This document shows positions 61,878 to 64,000 of a stretch of 64,000 bases of DNA, piece by piece; positions within the stretch are counted from its first letter, which is position 1, and each line of letters opens with the position of its first letter. The notes under the pieces are model-generated. The model did no database searches. It saw only the letters and a list, made by a program, of their open reading frames with translations, and was not told the DNA's origin. Position numbers and translations under genes: made by a program. The stretch covers positions 9,662 through 73,661 of the forward strand of contig DF237420.1 of the NCBI GenBank assembly GCA_000708835.1, written 5' to 3'. Source of the DNA: Klebsormidium nitens (Eukaryota > Plantae > Klebsormidiophyceae).

Positions 61878-63185
61878 TCAAATACCTTCAAACAAGTAGG
61901 CTCCAACCATGCAATCGTTGGGCCAGTTGACGACAATATTCAAGCTAGGGTACCTTTTCTGCAAGTTCAGAAGCATCCTAACAAGTGCATCAACCTTCCT
62001 CCCTTGGTTTACCATTCTTAGATCGATCTGGAGGCTCTCTAGCCTTGGAGCTACACTGAGCAGCTCAAAGAAGTACTCGAACTTCCCATCTAGTCTCTCG
62101 AAACCTAATGCTAGTCTCTTCAAATGGTTCAGAGGTTCATGGAAGGATGCTACTTCTTCCTCATGAAGCAGCCAATGGGGCATGTCAGAAGGAAGTTCCA
62201 ACCCCTCAAGTTGCACAAAAGGGGTCAAAAGATGTGAAAGCTTCACTTCAAGCCTACAGGCGGAGGCTTGCCCTAACCTCACATGCCTTGCATTCCCGCA
62301 CACCCTAAGCAGATCCAACAGCTGCTCATAAGCCCCAACCCATTCCTCCACGTCAAGCATGACGACCTCCCAAGGCACTTCCTGCACAACGTTCCCCACA
62401 TTCAACAGCACAAGCTTGCTCAGCATCGGAGCAGCCACAAGAATATCGTAAACAGAAGTGACTTCTAGGTGCAGTAGCCTTCTTGCTTCTATCCTAGAGC
62501 TCTCAAGAGCATAAGCGCAGGGGTCAATTCTGAGCACTACGCTTCTCAAGGTGTCTGACAATATTGTAGGGCTGGTAAGACCTGAGATTCTGTCCAGATT
62601 GAGTACTTCAAGACATGGACACTGCTTGATGATGCTTTCGAGGCACGCGTCTTCAACCAGGGCTTGCGTCAGAGACAGCTCAATCAAGGAGTTGAAATGA
62701 TGCCTGGCTGACAGCGGCTCAGTAAGCTGGGCGTACGACTCTGTAAACTTGAATGTTTTCAGCCGAGGGCACATAGACAAGGTCCTTAGTAACTCTGGCG
62801 TCATCCCCTCCCAGGACAGCGAGCAGCCGACCGTTTCAAAGTGCTCCAAATTTGCACATGCTCCTGAAATTGCGAGAAACATGGTGTCCGGGATGGGGTG
62901 CTTCATCAGCGACTTGGGACTGGTCAGACGGAGGGACTTCAACCTGTGACTTCTCTGGAGAAACCGCAGAGCGTTCATGTCTGTTATCTTGGCCCTGTCA
63001 AGCCGGCAAGTGATGCTATCTGCTTGATAAGCAACCCTGTCGAAGCGAGAGCACACGGTCCTCACTTTGCAAAGCTCTTCTAGTAGAGCAGACGGCTCCG
63101 CGGCTGAGGGATCCTTTGCTGCCAGGACAAGTATGCGAACTAGAATCTCGTCTGGCACAGCGTCGAAGAAACTTAATGGCCCCAT
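61878..63185 (-). CDS. F-box protein with LRR-like C-terminal region, 435 aa, intronless CDS
   Basis: Single ORF with N-terminal FDAVPDEILVRIL...VRTVCSRF F-box and LxxLxLxx repeats (CANLEHFE, CPRLKTFK, CPCLEVLNL). An AG just upstream of the ATG suggests a 5'UTR intron. Confidence 0.8.
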   Translation of the reverse strand: MGPLSFFDAVPDEILVRILVLAAKDPSAAEPSALLEELCKVRTVCSRFDRVAYQADSITCRLDRAKITDMNALRFLQRSHRLKSLRLTSPKSLMKHPIPDTMFLAISGACANLEHFETVGCSLSWEGMTPELLRTLSMCPRLKTFKFTESYAQLTEPLSARHHFNSLIELSLTQALVEDACLESIIKQCPCLEVLNLDRISGLTSPTILSDTLRSVVLRIDPCAYALESSRIEARRLLHLEVTSVYDILVAAPMLSKLVLLNVGNVVQEVPWEVVMLDVEEWVGAYEQLLDLLRVCGNARHVRLGQASACRLEVKLSHLLTPFVQLEGLELPSDMPHWLLHEEEVASFHEPLNHLKRLALGFERLDGKFEYFFELLSVAPRLESLQIDLRMVNQGRKVDALVRMLLNLQKRYPSLNIVVNWPNDCMVGAYLFEGI

Positions 63186-63770
63186 GGTTTCACCTACCAA
63201 GAGGAAAACGCCCGCCTCAGCTGGTGACGGAAATGCTGCTGGCTGCACACAAATTAATGTGCGCCCCTCCTTCTTGCTTCCTTGTCTTGAAGGTATCTAG
63301 AGAAACTATCGTCTGAAAGCAGGGTGAAGCACGAAGGGCATGCGTTGGTGGAATTCCGCTTGGAGCAGCCTGAGGAAGACGACGAACCCAGAATCCTAAT
63401 CTGACGCGTACTCTCAAGCTTACAACCTTGACTTGTGAAGTTGCTACTACAGGGAGAAGCTGTATGCTAGCTAGGCAGCTGAGCCTGAGGCGGTGGCGTT
63501 GCGTTTTCTTGCACGTTTGGTGCCGTCCCCTGAGCTCGATGGATCCGGGACTGAATCTGTTCAGCAAGCCAAATGAAGTTCGGTGTTAAACTTGGGCGAA
63601 TCACAGCGCGCCACGTCATACCCCCCAGAGCCTAAAGGTGTGATAATGTCGGGAGGGTCGAACCAGGGGTCGAAAACCTGAGGTGGGGGCCGGGAACGGA
63701 CCCAAGTGGTCCCAACCCGATCACCGGGCACTCGGGCACCCTGAGTAGGTTACTTTAGAGAGGATTTTGC

Positions 63771-64000
63771 TTCTCCAGAAAGTCAATTACAAAATTGCAT
63801 CTTTTTCAGGTATGGCCTCATATACATACATATTGGCAATTGGGTCGGATGAGCGAAACTCTGTACTACTAATCTGTTATATTCTCTTCTCCAGAAAGTC
63901 AATTACAATATTGCATCTTTTTCAGGTATGGCCTTACATACATACATATCGCCAAATGGGAACCAAAGGGAAAACTCTGTACTGCTAATCTGTTATGATT
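63771..64000 (+). repeat. AT-rich 116-bp tandem repeat, two copies visible, truncated by window end
   Basis: TTCTCCAGAAAGTCAATTACAA.ATTGCATCTTTTTCAGGTATGGCC starts at 63771 and 63887. Confidence 0.9.

Noticed and set aside
61878-63185. F-box gene as a COI1 or TIR1 ortholog
   Set aside because: It is shorter than those proteins, intronless, and shows no recognisable COI1/TIR1 motifs.
65-63185. Recent bacterial horizontal transfer or operon
   Set aside because: The genes have many spliceosomal introns, eukaryotic targeting signals (transit peptides, KEEL, KKxx) and alternating strands.

Overview
Eukaryotic, intron-rich, GC-rich-exon genomic window with two N gaps (6494-6845, 10558-11150). Gene content and intron style point to the green lineage, most likely a streptophyte alga such as Klebsormidium (inference, not verified). 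I reconstructed nine protein-coding genes by hand, and every model gives an intact spliced reading frame. In order: acyl-ACP desaturase 1 (-), MATE transporter (+), bestrophin/UPF0187-type channel (-), GH3 acyl-acid amido synthetase (+), TRIC/TMEM38-like channel (-), ILR1/IAR3-like M20D amidohydrolase (+), divergent acyl-ACP desaturase 2 (-), CYP72-clan P450 (+), and an intronless F-box/LRR gene (-). Strands alternate strictly, giving four head-to-head pairs. Main hypothesis: a candidate gene cluster for making, conjugating, oxidising, cleaving and transporting an acyl-amino-acid conjugate (hormone-like chemistry). Second signal: introns of at least five genes carry tandem, progressively decayed copies of the adjacent exon edge with its splice site ('exon echoes'). 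Three MITE/foldback-like elements and several small repeats are also present. No RNA genes or CRISPR arrays were seen.
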